Shown piece by piece: positions 27,601 through 60,699 of a stretch of 64,000 bases of DNA (positions are counted from its first letter, which is position 1; every line of letters begins with the position of its first letter). A program made the translations under genes and the position numbers. The stretch is taken from assembly GCA_012295275.1 (NCBI GenBank), contig CM022671.1:27838001-27902000 (forward strand), read 5' to 3'. The notes beneath the pieces were generated by a model that saw nothing but the letters and a program-made list of their open reading frames with translations, was not told where the DNA came from and made no database searches. Source of the DNA: Chrysomallon squamiferum. Taxonomy: Eukaryota > Animalia > Mollusca.

Positions 27601-29372
27601 TTTTTGAGTACGTTTAATCTCTAGTGTTTCATAACAGGAAAATGTACCCTTCCTTATTATATTTTTTGTTTTGTTTTTTTAATTTGGCTAAACCATATTA
27701 TATAATAACATTTTTATGAGTTTTAGGAATTAGTTTAAATAAAAACAAAAAAAATACCTATCCCTGTTCTAGTTTATATAGATAAATGAATTTGAACTGA
27801 CCAGCATTATTGCCATAAATAGCACTTAACACAGGGTTGTTGTGATCTGCATAATACGTACAGCTTAAATCAGCCATCCGGTTTATCTTCAGTACTAACA
27901 TTTCAAACAGAGTAACGTGGTACATTTACTCTTGACAAAGCCAGCCCTCATGGTTGTGTCATTATTATTGGTATAGATAATGTGCTTCTGAATGGACCAA
28001 GTAAAAACCACCACAGGCTCATTGATGACTCATAATTTTCGTATATGTTTTATTTAATTTTTTTTAGAAGTGTATTTTTCATAATTATATATAACTTGGG
28101 GAACAGTTCATGCTTCGTTTCAAATATCCCTGGTGAAACCAGAAACACTCCCTGTGGAAAAATAAAAATAAGAAACCACTGATGGGTTTCTTATTTCATT
28201 CTTTTTTTTTTTTTTTTAGATGATGTTTTTCTCTCAAAATTCATGCACAGACAACATTGATAATATATAAATAAAAATAAATTATGATTAAATCTCTGAA
28301 CGGAAGTCCATCCTAATTTTAAGATCAAAATTAAAACTTATTTACGCTGTTAGATTCAGCTGTTCTACGCAGAAGTTTGATTCTGAATCAGAAACAGGAT
28401 GGTCAGAAAATTTTAATAAGATATTCAAATTTAATCATAATAGTCTTACAATCCCTTCCATCATGATTTACATCATATTTTGGTTTAGAAAATATAAGGT
28501 GTAAAGTGTACAAAGAGGCAGGTAAGAAAATCTGGTTTGTAATCATTTATGTATTGTCATGGTTTGGCTCTGTTAGTTTTACTGACTTCCATTTCAACCC
28601 ACTAAAGCATTTTATGAGACATTTAATCTTTGACAACCGCCAAGTGAAGTATTCAGAGGCTGAGCTATTGTTGTGTTTATATAAAACAGGTCTGGCAGCA
28701 TCTGCAGTCACCAACAACTACAAACAGTGTCCTAAACACGCTGTTTTACTGCTGCGAAATTAATCTTAATGTGTTAGTGATGTGTACAGCAGAATTCAAA
28801 TCATACTTCCTTGATAAAAGAATTTGTGTCGTAATTAATGCAGCGAAGAACAACCTTTGACTTTATACAACATGTAGATAATAAAAATTAAAAAAAAATT
28901 AAATTTAAAAATTTTAAAAATATAAATGTCCTAGGTTAACTTACCATTGGTGAAATATGTCTGCAGATAAGCTGTTTTACCTGTAAGTCTGATTTTACAT
29001 ATATATTTACCTGAGTGTTTGTAAAACATTATTTAAATATTATAAAATTTAAACAGTAATAAAGTTTAACTCAAAATTAATCTGTTAACTCGGATCTAGA
29101 ACTAACCAAAGTTGAAACAGACAGACAGTGAGTTTAATGTTTTTCAACAATTTATAATCATAATACAGTTATAATATATATGGTTGTGTGTGTATGTGTG
29201 TTTTGTACATACATATGTGTGTCAGTATCAGTATACAAAAGAAACGTGGTCTGATTATTGCTGAATATTTTCAGATACTGAGCCTCAGGCAGGGTCTGGA
29301 GACAGTTCTGTGAATGGACAAGTAAATGGGACGAGTAATGGAGATGCCACAGAGGAGGAAAAGAGTAGTTAA
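18681..29372 (+). CDS. MED15-like KIX-domain-only small protein, 111 aa, 4 coding exons
   Basis: Exons 18681-18760, 23197-23287, 26622-26688, 29275-29372 have canonical splice sites and matching phases 2/0/1. Product MAFSLGHSDDTADWIDKIFRERIVAQIEQARSEAILQEGTRSSEDMENFIYGSAKSREEYMALIAQLVMSLRETRKKVTYTEPQAGSGDSSVNGQVNGTSNGDATEEEKSS; residues 13-73 follow the MED15 KIX pattern DW....FR.....QI....S.DME......K.R.EY..L.A.L....R. Confidence 0.85.
25294..25450. repeat. Degenerate ~50-bp tandem repeat, about 3 copies
   Basis: Unit TTTAAATTTGTAAACAGCAATTTACTCAGTAAAATATTATCA recurs at about 25294, 25343, 25393. Confidence 0.6.
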
Positions 29373-30473
29373 ACAAACATTGACACAGTGGTATGTCTTT
29401 TTCATAATTATCTCCATCAAACCTCTGATTTACAACACATTAAATAAAAAGTAAATACTTTATTTTTTACGTATAACCTAATTACTGTGGAGAGTAAATT
29501 GCACACATAGCACATTCATTTCTCTGAAGTTTAGGTACACGTGGATTGTGATTTAAAGGACGTAAGCACTGAACTTGATAAAATAAGAAATAAAAAATGA
29601 TCAGCACAAGTTTTAATGTTAATTATTATTAGGTGTCGGACTTAATACATTTCAGTAATGATAATGAAGTGCAAGAGAAAAAACCAGCTATTGATCTCCA
29701 GTAGTAAAAGCTCTTATTCACAACTAATCAAAATAGATGCTGTTTTTCTCAACGAGTGCAACACCTGCTGTTGGTTAGTGATACAGCTGGGTGTTGATAT
29801 AATTTCACCATAATTCCAGTTTATGGCTACATTATGGTCACATATTTACAGAAAACATGAATGAGTAATTGTGTATACTGCAGTACATGTTCATACATGT
29901 ATGTAGGGTAATGGCAGTTTTTTTTATTAATGTACAAAAATTTGTTTTTGTTTTTGTAATAATGGCTGAAGGAGAAACCCATTGCCAGCACTTTGAGGGC
30001 CATTGTTAGTGATTAACATCTTTTGGTGAATAGAAAAATACACATCAGAACACTTCAGTAAACCAATTTTGTGTGTCAGCTGACAATATGGAAGATCAGT
30101 TCTTACAAAATCCTGAAATAATGAAGTCAATCTTCTTGTTTGTTTGGTCATTAATATATAAATACAGGATTACCCTGCTAAAAATTGTGTTACTGGGTTT
30201 TAAGTGATTGTTATTGTTATTATTCTAATAACTGAATATATTTTTTCAGACCTTTCTCTTCTCATTTTGTCTTAGTTATATAAAAATTAACAAGTACATT
30301 GCTATTTATTAAAATGGATGTAATCTATTTATAGGTTAAATTTTAACAAAGCTTGAGCTCATATAATCAATGAAGATTTTTTAAATGTTGTCATTGTAAA
30401 CATGTTATGGTTTGTGTGTGTGTAAATATGTATATGTGTGTGTATATATATATATAAAAACTTTGTTTTTCAG

Positions 30474-33400
30474 AAAATGTGATTTTATCTGAAGACCTTT
30501 TGCCAATAACATCAGCAAGATGTGTAAAATGCAGTTTGTGATCAAGCTAAAGCATTTCTTCATCTTCATTTCTTCCATGGGATTTGTGCTTCAGCTTTCT
30601 TCATTAACGCATTTTTAAATCTTTACACTGAAATGCTTGATCATAAATTGTTGGATTTAATAAATAACTGACAATGTATAAGCAAATAATGACATTTGGA
30701 TATTCTGTATGTGTATTTATTAATAACAACTTACATTTTTAGAATGAATGTAATTTTTTCTTTACATTTGATTTAGCCTTTATTTTTATTATTATTCTTT
30801 TAATTGTTTAGAGATAATGGAGGTAAGAAAAAGCAAAATACACACACACACACACACACACACACAACAAATGATTTTGAATGTAAATATATTTGTAGGC
30901 CAATTAAACATTACTTTCACAAATCACAAGTAGACCAAATTACCAAAACCGAGTTTTAAAAACCCCTAATATCAACACCTTTTTTCTCTTTCTGTTGTAT
31001 ATATGATTCGTTTGTCAGCTTAGCAAAAGCTTTTTTTTTTTAAATTATTTTTTGCTTTTACTATTTAAAATAAATAGTCTGTATCTAGACTCTATTCAAA
31101 AATCTTGTGTAATTACACAAACATTTTATTTATTTTCTTAAATTTCAGGGCATAAATCTATTAAAGTTAATTATTTAACTGTGGTTTTTAACAATGTGAT
31201 GTGAATTTTAAAATTTTACATTTTAAATATTTTTATCAGTTTAAAATTCCACTTTTGTTATCTGCAAAATATTGGTTATTTCTTCTACAGAATGTTTTTT
31301 ATGAGCATTGCTACAGCTGTTTGTACATTAATATACAAATATACTTTACTCTTTTCCTCGTGTAATTATACTATGCTTTTTTGTGAAATTTATACTTTGT
31401 TATAAGGAAATTCAGCTAGAGCAAACTGTTAATACTGTATTCATGTTGGTGATGGAGATACATATTTGCTACTGTCATTACACAAAGCAGTATGACATTC
31501 CACATAACTAAGGTTGTGATTGTTTTATATTTGTCTCCTTGGAAAGAAATTTAGTCTTGCCATTCTTTTCTTTCTTCTTTTTAAAGCTGTCAACTACATA
31601 TTGATAATAGAAACTGCATTTTGAAAAAAAAAAAAAAAAAAAAAAATCTCAACATTTCTGTTAATATACAAACATCAGTAAGTAAATTACTAAGGAAAGA
31701 AAACCCACTCATATTATTAATATTTTGTAAACTTTAATGTATTGTACAGTTATTCTAAGCAAATAATTAAATACACCTTGATATTGATTTTTACTAGATT
31801 TGTTTTTAGGTTATCATCCATTTCATACACTTTACTTATGCAAATTATTTTGTGGCAGCAACAGAAACAATTTTTTTTTTTTTTTTTTATTTATTATAGA
31901 GCAACTTTAGCTTTTGTGCATGTTTTCAGTAAATGTATTTGTCATTTGGGTTACATTGTAATAAATATTGTCATCACAAATTTAAAACTGCCAACATAAA
32001 GCTTGTAGAGTTTCTGTTGAGAATGTATTGTAGCTCATTTTAGAAATGATTCGATAGGTCGACTGATTTTTGAAATGTTTAATTTACTTGTTTTATGACC
32101 AAAATTATACTTATTCCTCATACAGTTGATTATTTTATTATTTTGTAGTGAACAGAAAAATGTTTTAATCTTGAAAAACAAAAGTATGGCTAATATTGAT
32201 TCAGTTATTGAATTGCTAAGAAGAAAAAGATGCAGGGAAATATTTTATGAAAATGTGCCACTTTTTTTGTGTAATGTAAAATTTTATACATACATGTATA
32301 TAGACATAAACTACACTTGCATACATATGTACATTAAAATATGTTTGGGTATTTACTGTAACATTTTTCACTACTGTTTTGTAGTACATAACTGTACTAA
32401 TAGTTATTGTGGTAGCTTGTGTGGTGCTACTTTTAATTGTTTTCTTTGTCTGTTCTGAAAACTTGTTTCATTTCTACAAACTGTAATCTGAATAAACTAA
32501 TCTCATTACCTTTGTTTTATTTATTATTTTGATTCCCAATAATTCACTGAAAGGCAGTTTGTACACAGATGTCATGGTTATTAAGTGTTGTTTTTTGCCC
32601 ACTGCTTTAGGTACATCTTTGTATGAGAAAATACATTTACCACAGCTTTTGAAAAAAATATTTGTTGCACTGGTGAAATGAGAAATATAATGCAATGAGA
32701 ATTAACATACAATCTGTCTTACATTCCCTTCATTTTATCTACTGCCCATTTCTTTACACTAGCACAGTAATTAATGTTAAATGTCATTACTGATTTTATG
32801 AAAGAGAAATTCCATCAAAATAACTAATTACATACATCAAACTATTTCAGTGATATTTATTTTGACATTTAAAGCTGCTTTAATATAGACGATTTTTTGT
32901 AATTTTTGTGAATTTTTTAAAGTGGCTGAATAATGATTTAAACTGAACTTTTTGACAAATTCTCCACCTTTAATTTGACCTATTTTAATTTTTAAAACGG
33001 CTCCTGCAAAACAAAAAAAAGTTCACTGTCACATCAATGATAAATGCTCCCCATCACTTAAGTTTAATTCTTATCACACTTTTGAAGTTTATTAAAATTT
33101 CTCACTGTATCACAAAAGCACTATATAGGCCTATAGCATATTTCTGTAACAAAACTGCATTTAGCAACAATACACCCAGACAAGAATATTATTTTTAATT
33201 TAACACCACCATCCATTTCACACAACTGTAACTAGAATGCAAGCAATACTGCATTACCATAAGAAATGTAAATGGCAATACAGATAAAAAATATGTATTA
33301 TTTTATTCAATTTCAAAAAAAAAAAATCAAAAAAAATCAGGAAGCCATTTAATAGAAATATCATTATTTTTTAAATGCAGCTGTCACTGGGAAATCAAAC

Positions 33401-33770
33401 AACAGAAAACTAAACCCACAGTAGCAGAAATTGAGAAAGCTGAATAACTCCAAGGTATACATGTGTAAAGTTATAGGTTTGTGAGATCTCAAGTTACAAA
33501 GGCCTGGGTTGTGTAACAACTAAGTTCATACTTGATTAAGATACTAAACAATTTTGTATCACCACTGCTAGCTATGAAGTGGATTATCCAATGAAATATT
33601 ACACCCAGGAGGTTGTAAGTTGGCAAATTTAAGACTGCAACTGATTTACTTTTGATTGAATCACTAGTTTCAAATTATTTAAAATGTGTTTTGTAAGAAA
33701 CAGCATTTGTCACAAACTGTATTTTGAATAGCAGTATTATCAAAGCAACAATAAAATGCAAATCCAAACA
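30474..33770 (+). other. Putative terminal 3'UTR exon of the KIX-only gene
   Basis: Donor GTG|gtatgt at 29391 lies 18 nt after the stop; acceptor ttttcag at 30473 (alternative at 30249); long T-rich stretch; AATAAA at 33750. End point uncertain. Confidence 0.4.
30840..30866. repeat. (CA)n microsatellite
   Basis: About 13 CA units. Confidence 0.85.
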
Positions 33771-36049
33771 AATTTCTGTGACATTTGATATATACATCCA
33801 TATCTCTTTGGTCTTAGCCATTTTTGAACTACCACAAAAGTTTGAAATCAGACATTTAAAATTGTAGACTGGCCAGTAAATTACGTAAGCCTAATAACAG
33901 TCAACTTTGACACTGATTGTCAAATGAGGTATAGGAAATGAGGTATGAGTAAAAAAAAAAAAAAGTGACAGAAAATCTACCAAAACAAAAATCTTCACAA
34001 CAGTTTGGTCTAATTAGCATGTTAATATTTTTCACTTTTCACTCGCTCACTTGGATGTGCTTCTTGGTTTAAGACTTGGACATTGAGTCCAGAGTTAAAA
34101 CCTTTAAAATTGTTCAAGTCACCGACGTAAAACAACCGTTATTTTAAGGATTTTATGTACTGTACTTATCAATATGAACTGAAACCTGATACCTCTGATT
34201 TAACTAGTCAAGATCTGTTATCTCACTCGATCTCTCGCCTCTGCTGGATGTCTGTGATACAGTTCGAAGTTAAGTGATCTCTGTGCCTCACAAACCTTAT
34301 TACTGAACCAAAGAAAGGATCAGGAAGGTGCAAACAGAAAATTAACTGAGTATTTGATTAACTTTTCTGAAATCAAAACAGCAGAGCCTACTCTGATTTG
34401 TCATTACTTACAATGTCAAATTTAATAGTCAATACTAGAATTATTTTGAAATGAATTTTCACTTTAAAATATTCAGAGCTTGCATAAAAATGATTACATG
34501 CTTTACAAAAAATAAAAATTGTATTAAAATAAATATTAATATTAATAATGCATATTTTAAATTGCTTGTTACTCTGATCTAGATACTTGTAGTAAACTTT
34601 ATTTTTTTTGGAATCTGATAAGGTTGTCTCCCTTTTATGATTTTACTACTTTTATATAGTGACTATTTTTAATACAACCCTGAAAAAAAATGATCATTTA
34701 AAAAAAAAAAAAAAAAAGAAAAGAAAAAAGAAAGAAAGACAGACATTTAAGTAAAACAATATTTTAATTTCTATAGGAAATGTACAAATACTGTTATCTA
34801 CATAAAAACGACTTATCACCAGAGGGCTTGGACCATCCATGATTTTTTCTTTTGAATATGACGACTGTCTTGCCATGGATATTAATTTTATCTTAACATT
34901 AATAATTCACAATTTCAATAGAAGGCTTTTATTAGAAACAAAACAGAAAATAATAATAATAATCATAAAAAAATCAAACCAAACGGCTAATCCCATCTTG
35001 CCAAGCCCTTTTGGTGAAAAGTCTTGAGGTAATATCTCAAGGAAAAAGGAACACATTTCATTGTTTTGTTAAAATCTGAAATATGTATTTTCCTAAACTG
35101 CATATGAATCATTCCTATATGAGATACAATGCTCCTAATTGCGTTTATTATTGTTAGAAATCAATCCCAAAACACATAGAACATTAATTGCTGTACAATT
35201 AATAGTTTGTACACAGAGAACCCAAAATATTGTAAAGGAAAGAATAATTTTTTTTTTTTTTTGCAAATATAAAAATTGGTTTCCTTTATAAGGTGCCAGT
35301 AATATCAGTTAAAATCTATTTCTCTCTCTATGCAATACTTATCACACAAAATAACAAAGCTCCACGAGTCAAGGTTAAACTTCCCGATGCACAGAATGAT
35401 CCATGGCCAGGTCATCCATGAAAAAACAGAAACAAAAAAAGATAAAACATGTTGGAGAACTGGGACGTGTGAATCCCCGAGGGTGAATGAAGCCGGCCAG
35501 GCTTCGAGTTAAAACTACACACACGAATCAGGCATTCATGATCAAATAAATATTATATACAATATCGGACCTGTCGTCGCTCATACTCCAATGGGGAACA
35601 TAGTTATCACTTTGTCATGTATGTGTAAAGGATGAAGAAAGAGTCACTCGTAGGCACACACCAAGACTAATTAGAAAAAACAAAAACCAGAAACTGCTAA
35701 GTCAGCACCACAGTATTGCAGTAGTAGAAGACAGTTCATTGTTTACTATAGCAATTGCACACCAAGTGTTAGTTCAAGTCACTTGTCTCACTTAAATCCT
35801 TTTGCGCTCGATCCAAATGACACTGCTGAGCCAATTGCAACCTCCACTTTCCTCTAAAGGCATCAAAAAGTATATCTGCTGGGAAAGTCCTTGGGTGTAC
35901 CGAAAGTTACTGTAAAAGCGGATTTTAAAATTTTACAAGTTTGCTGCCAAGTTGGCAAGCATGTAAAACTGTACCAAAAAAAATATCAACTTATCCTAAA
36001 TTGCACTGAAACTAAATGTAAAGGTAACAGTTTTTCTTTGTTATATGTT

Positions 36050-36084
<35 letters not shown>

Positions 36085-36390
36085 TAAAGAAGAAAATATA
36101 TAAAAAACAGAAATAGGGAGAAATGCAATAAAAAAATATTAAAAAAAAGAAAAATGAGATCAACTGTCTATTATGTCCATGCAGGACTACGCGCAGCAAC
36201 CAGAACAAAGCTCAGATTTGAACTTTCTTCTGGTACAAATTTTAAAACTAGAAACAACTAAGTCACAAAGCGCCAAACATTTGCTGCGATCCTGCGCTTT
36301 TTGGCTGTGGATGGCTATGCTAGAAGAATCACTGGTCTTGGATTGGTTGTTTGGAAGCTGTGGAGAGCTGGGCCAAAGGTCACTGCCCAC

Positions 36391-36410
36391 TCAAAAGAAC
36401 CCAGGCAAAT
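36391..36410 (-). CDS. SERCA: SERCA alternative terminal exon, coding part (...KFAD-DLPGFF*), followed by ~1.3-1.5 kb 3'UTR
   Basis: Pyrimidine-rich acceptor ctcctctcactttcag at 36411, read in phase 1 from the donor at 41534; GC-richer exon-like sequence downstream; minus-strand AATAAA at 35144-35149 and 34928-34933. Confidence 0.55.
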
Positions 36411-39400
36411 CTGAAAGTGAGAGGAGATCCTCCGTCACTACTTGTCTTTTGTGAGGTGAAAGTGTTTTAATTAAATGTTAATTACAACCGTCTTCTAATT
36501 AGTAAATTTTTGCTACATTTTATAGTAAATTTAATTTTAAAAAACTGGTCACTTATTTATTAATTACCAAATTGTAAAAATAGTTTTTAAATTTATATTA
36601 GAATACCAAATATTACAATTTATTTTGTTTTAATCATACTGTTACATATTGTGTCAAAAGCTGATTTTATTTTTACCAAAAATAAATAATAATAATGATA
36701 ATAATTAAAAAAAAAAAAATTAAATAATAATAAAACAAAATAAAAATAATTTAAAAATATATACAAAACAATTTTTTGTTAAAAAAAAAAAAAAAAATAC
36801 AACAAAAAGATAAAGGAAATAGAAAATAAAACGTTAATAAACAAAACATTTTAAAAATAAATAGAAATTATCTATCATTAAAATCTCTTGGGAGATAAGA
36901 ACTGTAATCCTGGTCTGATTAACTTTAACTGTCACAGATATACCTGCAATTCTTCACATTTTTGGGCCTGGAACTATATCCAGATACAACTTTTTCTAGC
37001 CTTATTTCAGAATAAGGCAGTGTATACAAAAGAGATGACATAATTGTTAAATACAACTGAGCTGTAATTATATGATAGTCTCAATTAAGACAAATATCTG
37101 AAATTTTAACATTCTTATGTTGCAGAACATGAGGACATACAATTTATTAAAAACAAATGCTTTTCTGTCATTTTTATCAATTAAATCAAGATTTCCAAAA
37201 GGTTTGAAATACAATTAAAATGATAACAATAAAAGTATCATGAGCATACAAGTTTAATTAAAGAACTATTTTGTAAAGAAAATAAAGCCATTAACAGAAT
37301 TTAGAAATGTTTATCTTTCAAAATTTACTTTAAATTTATAAATTTATCAAGTTGGAAATTGTTTTATTTTGTTTATTTTTTCACAATATTTATTTTTAAA
37401 AAAAGGTTTAGATGTGAGTGATTTTAGTTTATGTTGTTATCAGTTAGATGAACACAAAATAAAAATAGCTACAAAATCTCTGTTTAGCCTGCTATGTACC
37501 CTACATATTCTCTAGTGATTCATCTTTTCATCTTTCCTTCATAAAAAGGATTTTAACTGCAGTATTTTTTAACTGTAATTGAAGAAATTATACACTGCTG
37601 ATTCATTTAAATATTTATTTCTTATTACCAATATTATTTCCCAATTTCAAATTATTAGTTACAGTTTTGAAAAATACTGCTCATATTTTTATTGTTATTT
37701 TCACACCTATTCAGTTACTACGTATTTTTAAACTATTAATAAAATTCAATCATTTAATAAGCTCAACACATTTGATTTTTATTTTGAAATAAACATTTTA
37801 ATGAGATTTAGGATTATTATTTTATTGATTTATTGATTTATTATTCTAGTAAACAATATCAATTATATTCTAAAATCAAAACATTCTATAGAAACTATGA
37901 ACATTTCTGATTACAAAGCAGACTAAACATTAAAAAAAAAAAAAAAAAATGAAAATCCCTGAAATAAAAATTCATGAAATATTGCCATAGTAAAAAGCAA
38001 GAAATGCCATGCAAATATATAAAAAAAAAATTTTCATGTTAGTCAAGTTTATTTAACCTAAATAAGCGAACTATGAACAGAAGTTTGAAAAAAACACCTG
38101 ATTAGTGAAGCTTGTATGACAGAAGCTTTAATAATCAGAACTACAACTGCTATCTACAACTTGGTATGCTAATTATCTGGCTGTTATTAATATTATTTAA
38201 AACAAACTACAATTTCATTGTCTCTAGAAATGAATGTGCTAAAGCATTAATTTAGTATGAAATAAAGAAACAAAAAAATAACATAGTTCTGTGACAAATA
38301 AATAATACTCCATATATAATGCATAGAGACTTTTTATAAATTAAAAAATGTTACAAATAAAATTTTGAACAACATGATAAATAAAAATAAAAATGGTTTT
38401 CAAATATTTTAATCAGATGAGTATTATTGTTTTTATCTTCTTTTTTTTTTCCAAATACCATTATATTTCAAAATAATGTTCATATACATTAAATTCCTTA
38501 AAACAAATGGTTAAACAATCATTATTAGGTGCCAGTCAGGATTTTGATTATCCAGTAATATATTTAAGAATTCAACATGTAACACAACACACACCCCCTA
38601 AAAAAAAAATCAGTGTTTCTTTTCATTATGTTAATACAATTAATTATAAAATCATAAACCACCCACACAAACAAAAATAAACACAAACTTTAAAAAATAA
38701 TTTTTTTGTAAGGATTTATGCATTAAAAACCGGTGTTATTTAAGAAAACAAAATCAAACAACTGATCTACCATGGAAAGCCTTAGTAACGGTCACCATGC
38801 CATGCAGAACATGTAACATGTACACAAGTTGATTTTTCTGTTTTACAGTGCTGTGCTGTGAATGGGTGACATGAAGCATATTGATGTTCCCTTTTGGAAA
38901 ATTTCCCCTGAGTTCCTGTTATTTTTTCACCACTGAGTATTGCTCAGTTCTCCACAGCAGAGTACCTAATGTCTCCTGTACATGCTTGCCAGAGTTTCTA
39001 TTCATAAATATTGTCAGTGAGAAAAATGGAAAGTGGTGTCACAACCGTTCAACTGTCGCTGAAATTTTGTTCATGCAGTATTGCTGAAAATTCACTTTAT
39101 ATTGCTTTACATAAAATAAAAAAACATTAATTAGTAACACACTGACTCACTGGAACTCAATATATGACCCAGTACTTAAATGTCTTCACCTCAATCCCAC
39201 AGTCAACAGAACACAAAATACAAGTGAAGACAAAAAGTCTGCTCCAGATGAAAATTCCAAAATGAACATTACTTACAGATAAATGATTCTTTTATTTGTT
39301 TGTGTATGTATGTATAGGTGATTATTTCAGGAAAAGATTCACTTTCTGCTAAGAATTAAATCCATTCTTGTCCAACAAACAAGTCCCAGTAATAAAAATC

Positions 39401-40813
39401 CAAATATCAAGGGAAGGAAAAACACACTGTGGGTTGATACTCTGGTACTTGCAAATTGGGTTGAATAAAATATAATAAAAGCAAAAACTCCAAACACACC
39501 ATGCAAGAATGGAATCAAAAGAAGTTCTTTATTTCTGTACAATATTCCATACAACTTGATCACATGCTCTAGTATTATTAACATTGAGGAATGACACATC
39601 TACCCACACAAAAAAAACAAAAACAACAGCATCACCAGAAATGACGTTTTTTTTAAGAACAACATATTTTTGGTGAACATAAGTATCTGCTGTCTTAACA
39701 GGCTGTTCTCATAAATAAAAATAATTTAATATTCTAGAACAAGGCTGACTGATTTTGGCAATTATTACTTAATACAAGTTCAACAATAATAAAGTATAAT
39801 GTTTATTTTATTATTATTATTTTTAACAATATCACATTAACCTAATGATGATTGTTTTAATTATCATATAAGACAAATGCTGATATAATCAGAAAGCTTA
39901 CCCGTCAGATGTAATTTTGAAAGGAGAAAAAAGTAACTGACCCCAATCAAAGATTAATGTCCTTAGGGAAGGGAAAATAATGTCATTACAATAGGTGGAA
40001 AATAAAATGTTATAACAAAATAATCTTTTAGGGGTAGTGGTGGGATTAATGTTATCTAACAAACTGCTGAACTGTTTAAAATAATAAATAAATAAAAATG
40101 GTTAATAGAAATATATAATCTATTCCATCTGCTTAAATAGAACCAACAAATTTAACTATGAACACCAAGAAACATTTGTTAAACATGAAAAAAATACTTT
40201 AAACTATTTATAAAATTCTTCACTTATATTAACAAATTTGTTTTCAATACTTATAAAAGTTAATCTCAAACTTTACAAGGAATAAATCTGAGCTTCACTT
40301 CTTAAAATATTAATTAATGGGATTTTAAATTATTTTCTTTGGAAAGCTTCCAGAGTATTGTTACAAGCAATAAACAATCAGCGTAAATAGAATATGAAAA
40401 ATATATTATTTTCTATTACAGAAAACATCATAAATAACATTAGTATTTACACTAAATTACAGTAATTTAAGGAAGAAAAAGACAAAACAAAAAACAAGAG
40501 GAAGGGAATACTTAATCTTGATTTCTGAAATGCTACTTCATCTGTAATTAACAATTTCTGTAGTTGTTTTAATGTAGTTCTGAGAGACAGTATCTAATTT
40601 TTGCTTCCAAAAATCACCGGTGAGAAAAAAAAGGATCAATATCCCCATCGAATTAGAAAGAATACAGAATTTGTTTTAAAAAGATTTCAAAATTATAAAT
40701 CAAAGAAGTATATTCAGTTTTTTCTCCAATGATGGAAAACTAGTGAACTTTAATTTTTTTTTTATTTTTTTTTAATTATTACTTCTAACAAATAATTATC
40801 TTTTAAAGCATAC

Positions 40814-40858
40814 ACTTAGTATTTAAATGCTGCTCCTCAAGAATATTGTTTAGTTAAG
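40814..40858 (-). CDS. SERCA: SERCA optional stop-containing exon (...KFAD-A*)
   Basis: Strong acceptor ttgtttttgtctttttcattctag at 40859; G|CT TAA gives Ala-stop; possible donor gtatgc at 40813 would make a 45-nt exon. Confidence 0.55.
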
Positions 40859-41263
40859 CTAGAATGAAAAAGACAAAAACAACACTGATACATGAAATAA
40901 CATGATTCATTTGTAATCTACTTCTGATAAATTATGACTAAATGAAAAATGACTATATATATGTGGTTTCATACAAACAATGCAATATGCAAAAAAAAAA
41001 AAAAAAAAAAATCGACGATGTCAAAATTATGTACATCTTAAAAGTATAAAACACTCCTGAAATTTGATTGGTTAAAACTAAATATTACTGTTACACTAAA
41101 TTTTTTTTTTCGTTCTTTTTTAAAATCAAACACACAAAATGCTCTTTTCATTGATAAATAAAATGCCTTTTTTAAGTATGCACACTCACTTCCCACTAAT
41201 TATATTCAGATGCCTGAATGAAAAAAAAAAAGCTGCATATTTATTTTTTTTAAAAAGAAAGAA

Positions 41264-41294
<31 letters not shown>

Positions 41295-41444
41295 GAATTC
41301 CACAGCTGTGAGTAGATAACTTGTTGTCACAGTTAGAATTAGGTGCAACAGAAAGAACCATTTCCATGGTGCGAGTGGGAGAGCGAGCAGCAAGTGGGTA
41401 GAAAACAGATGAATAGAGATATCACAGAACTACATGGCGAGGAA

Positions 41445-60296
<18,852 letters not shown>

Positions 60297-60656
60297 TTAA
60301 AAATACAGTAAACTCCATCTACAATTACTGTTTTATTAACACAGCATTCATTAAATCCAAGGCAAAGCCATCGGTACTTCACCTTGATTTGAACATTTTT
60401 ATTGGCATCTGTCATTTATATTTGCCATATTTAATTGTTCAAACTGATGCACACTACAGCTACTGTTGCTAGCATTTTATCTAAATACAAACAAAACAAT
60501 CATCAGTAAAATTTATTTATTTATTTATTTATTTATTAAATAAAAATAGTGTGACAGATTTTTTTAAGTGTTATTTTCTCGCTTTTTTTAAAAAAAACTT
60601 TTTTTTTCTTTTTGTCCTTTTAGGAAAAAAAATGCTTATCAGAAATGAAAATATTC

Positions 60657-60699
<43 letters not shown>

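Noticed and set aside
28166-28196. 12-bp perfect inverted repeat followed by a T-run, terminator-like
   Set aside because: Eukaryotic intron with AT-rich arms; no supportable function.
34000-34340. CpG-enriched patch between the convergent 3' ends, possible promoter of an antisense RNA
   Set aside because: No downstream exon chain or convincing donor found.
39339-39599. 86-aa hydrophobic ORF in the SERCA 3' region, candidate sarcolamban/regulin-like micropeptide or long alternative tail
   Set aside because: No recognisable regulin motif; hydrophobicity is expected from T-rich sequence; the only in-frame phase-1 acceptors lack a pyrimidine tract.
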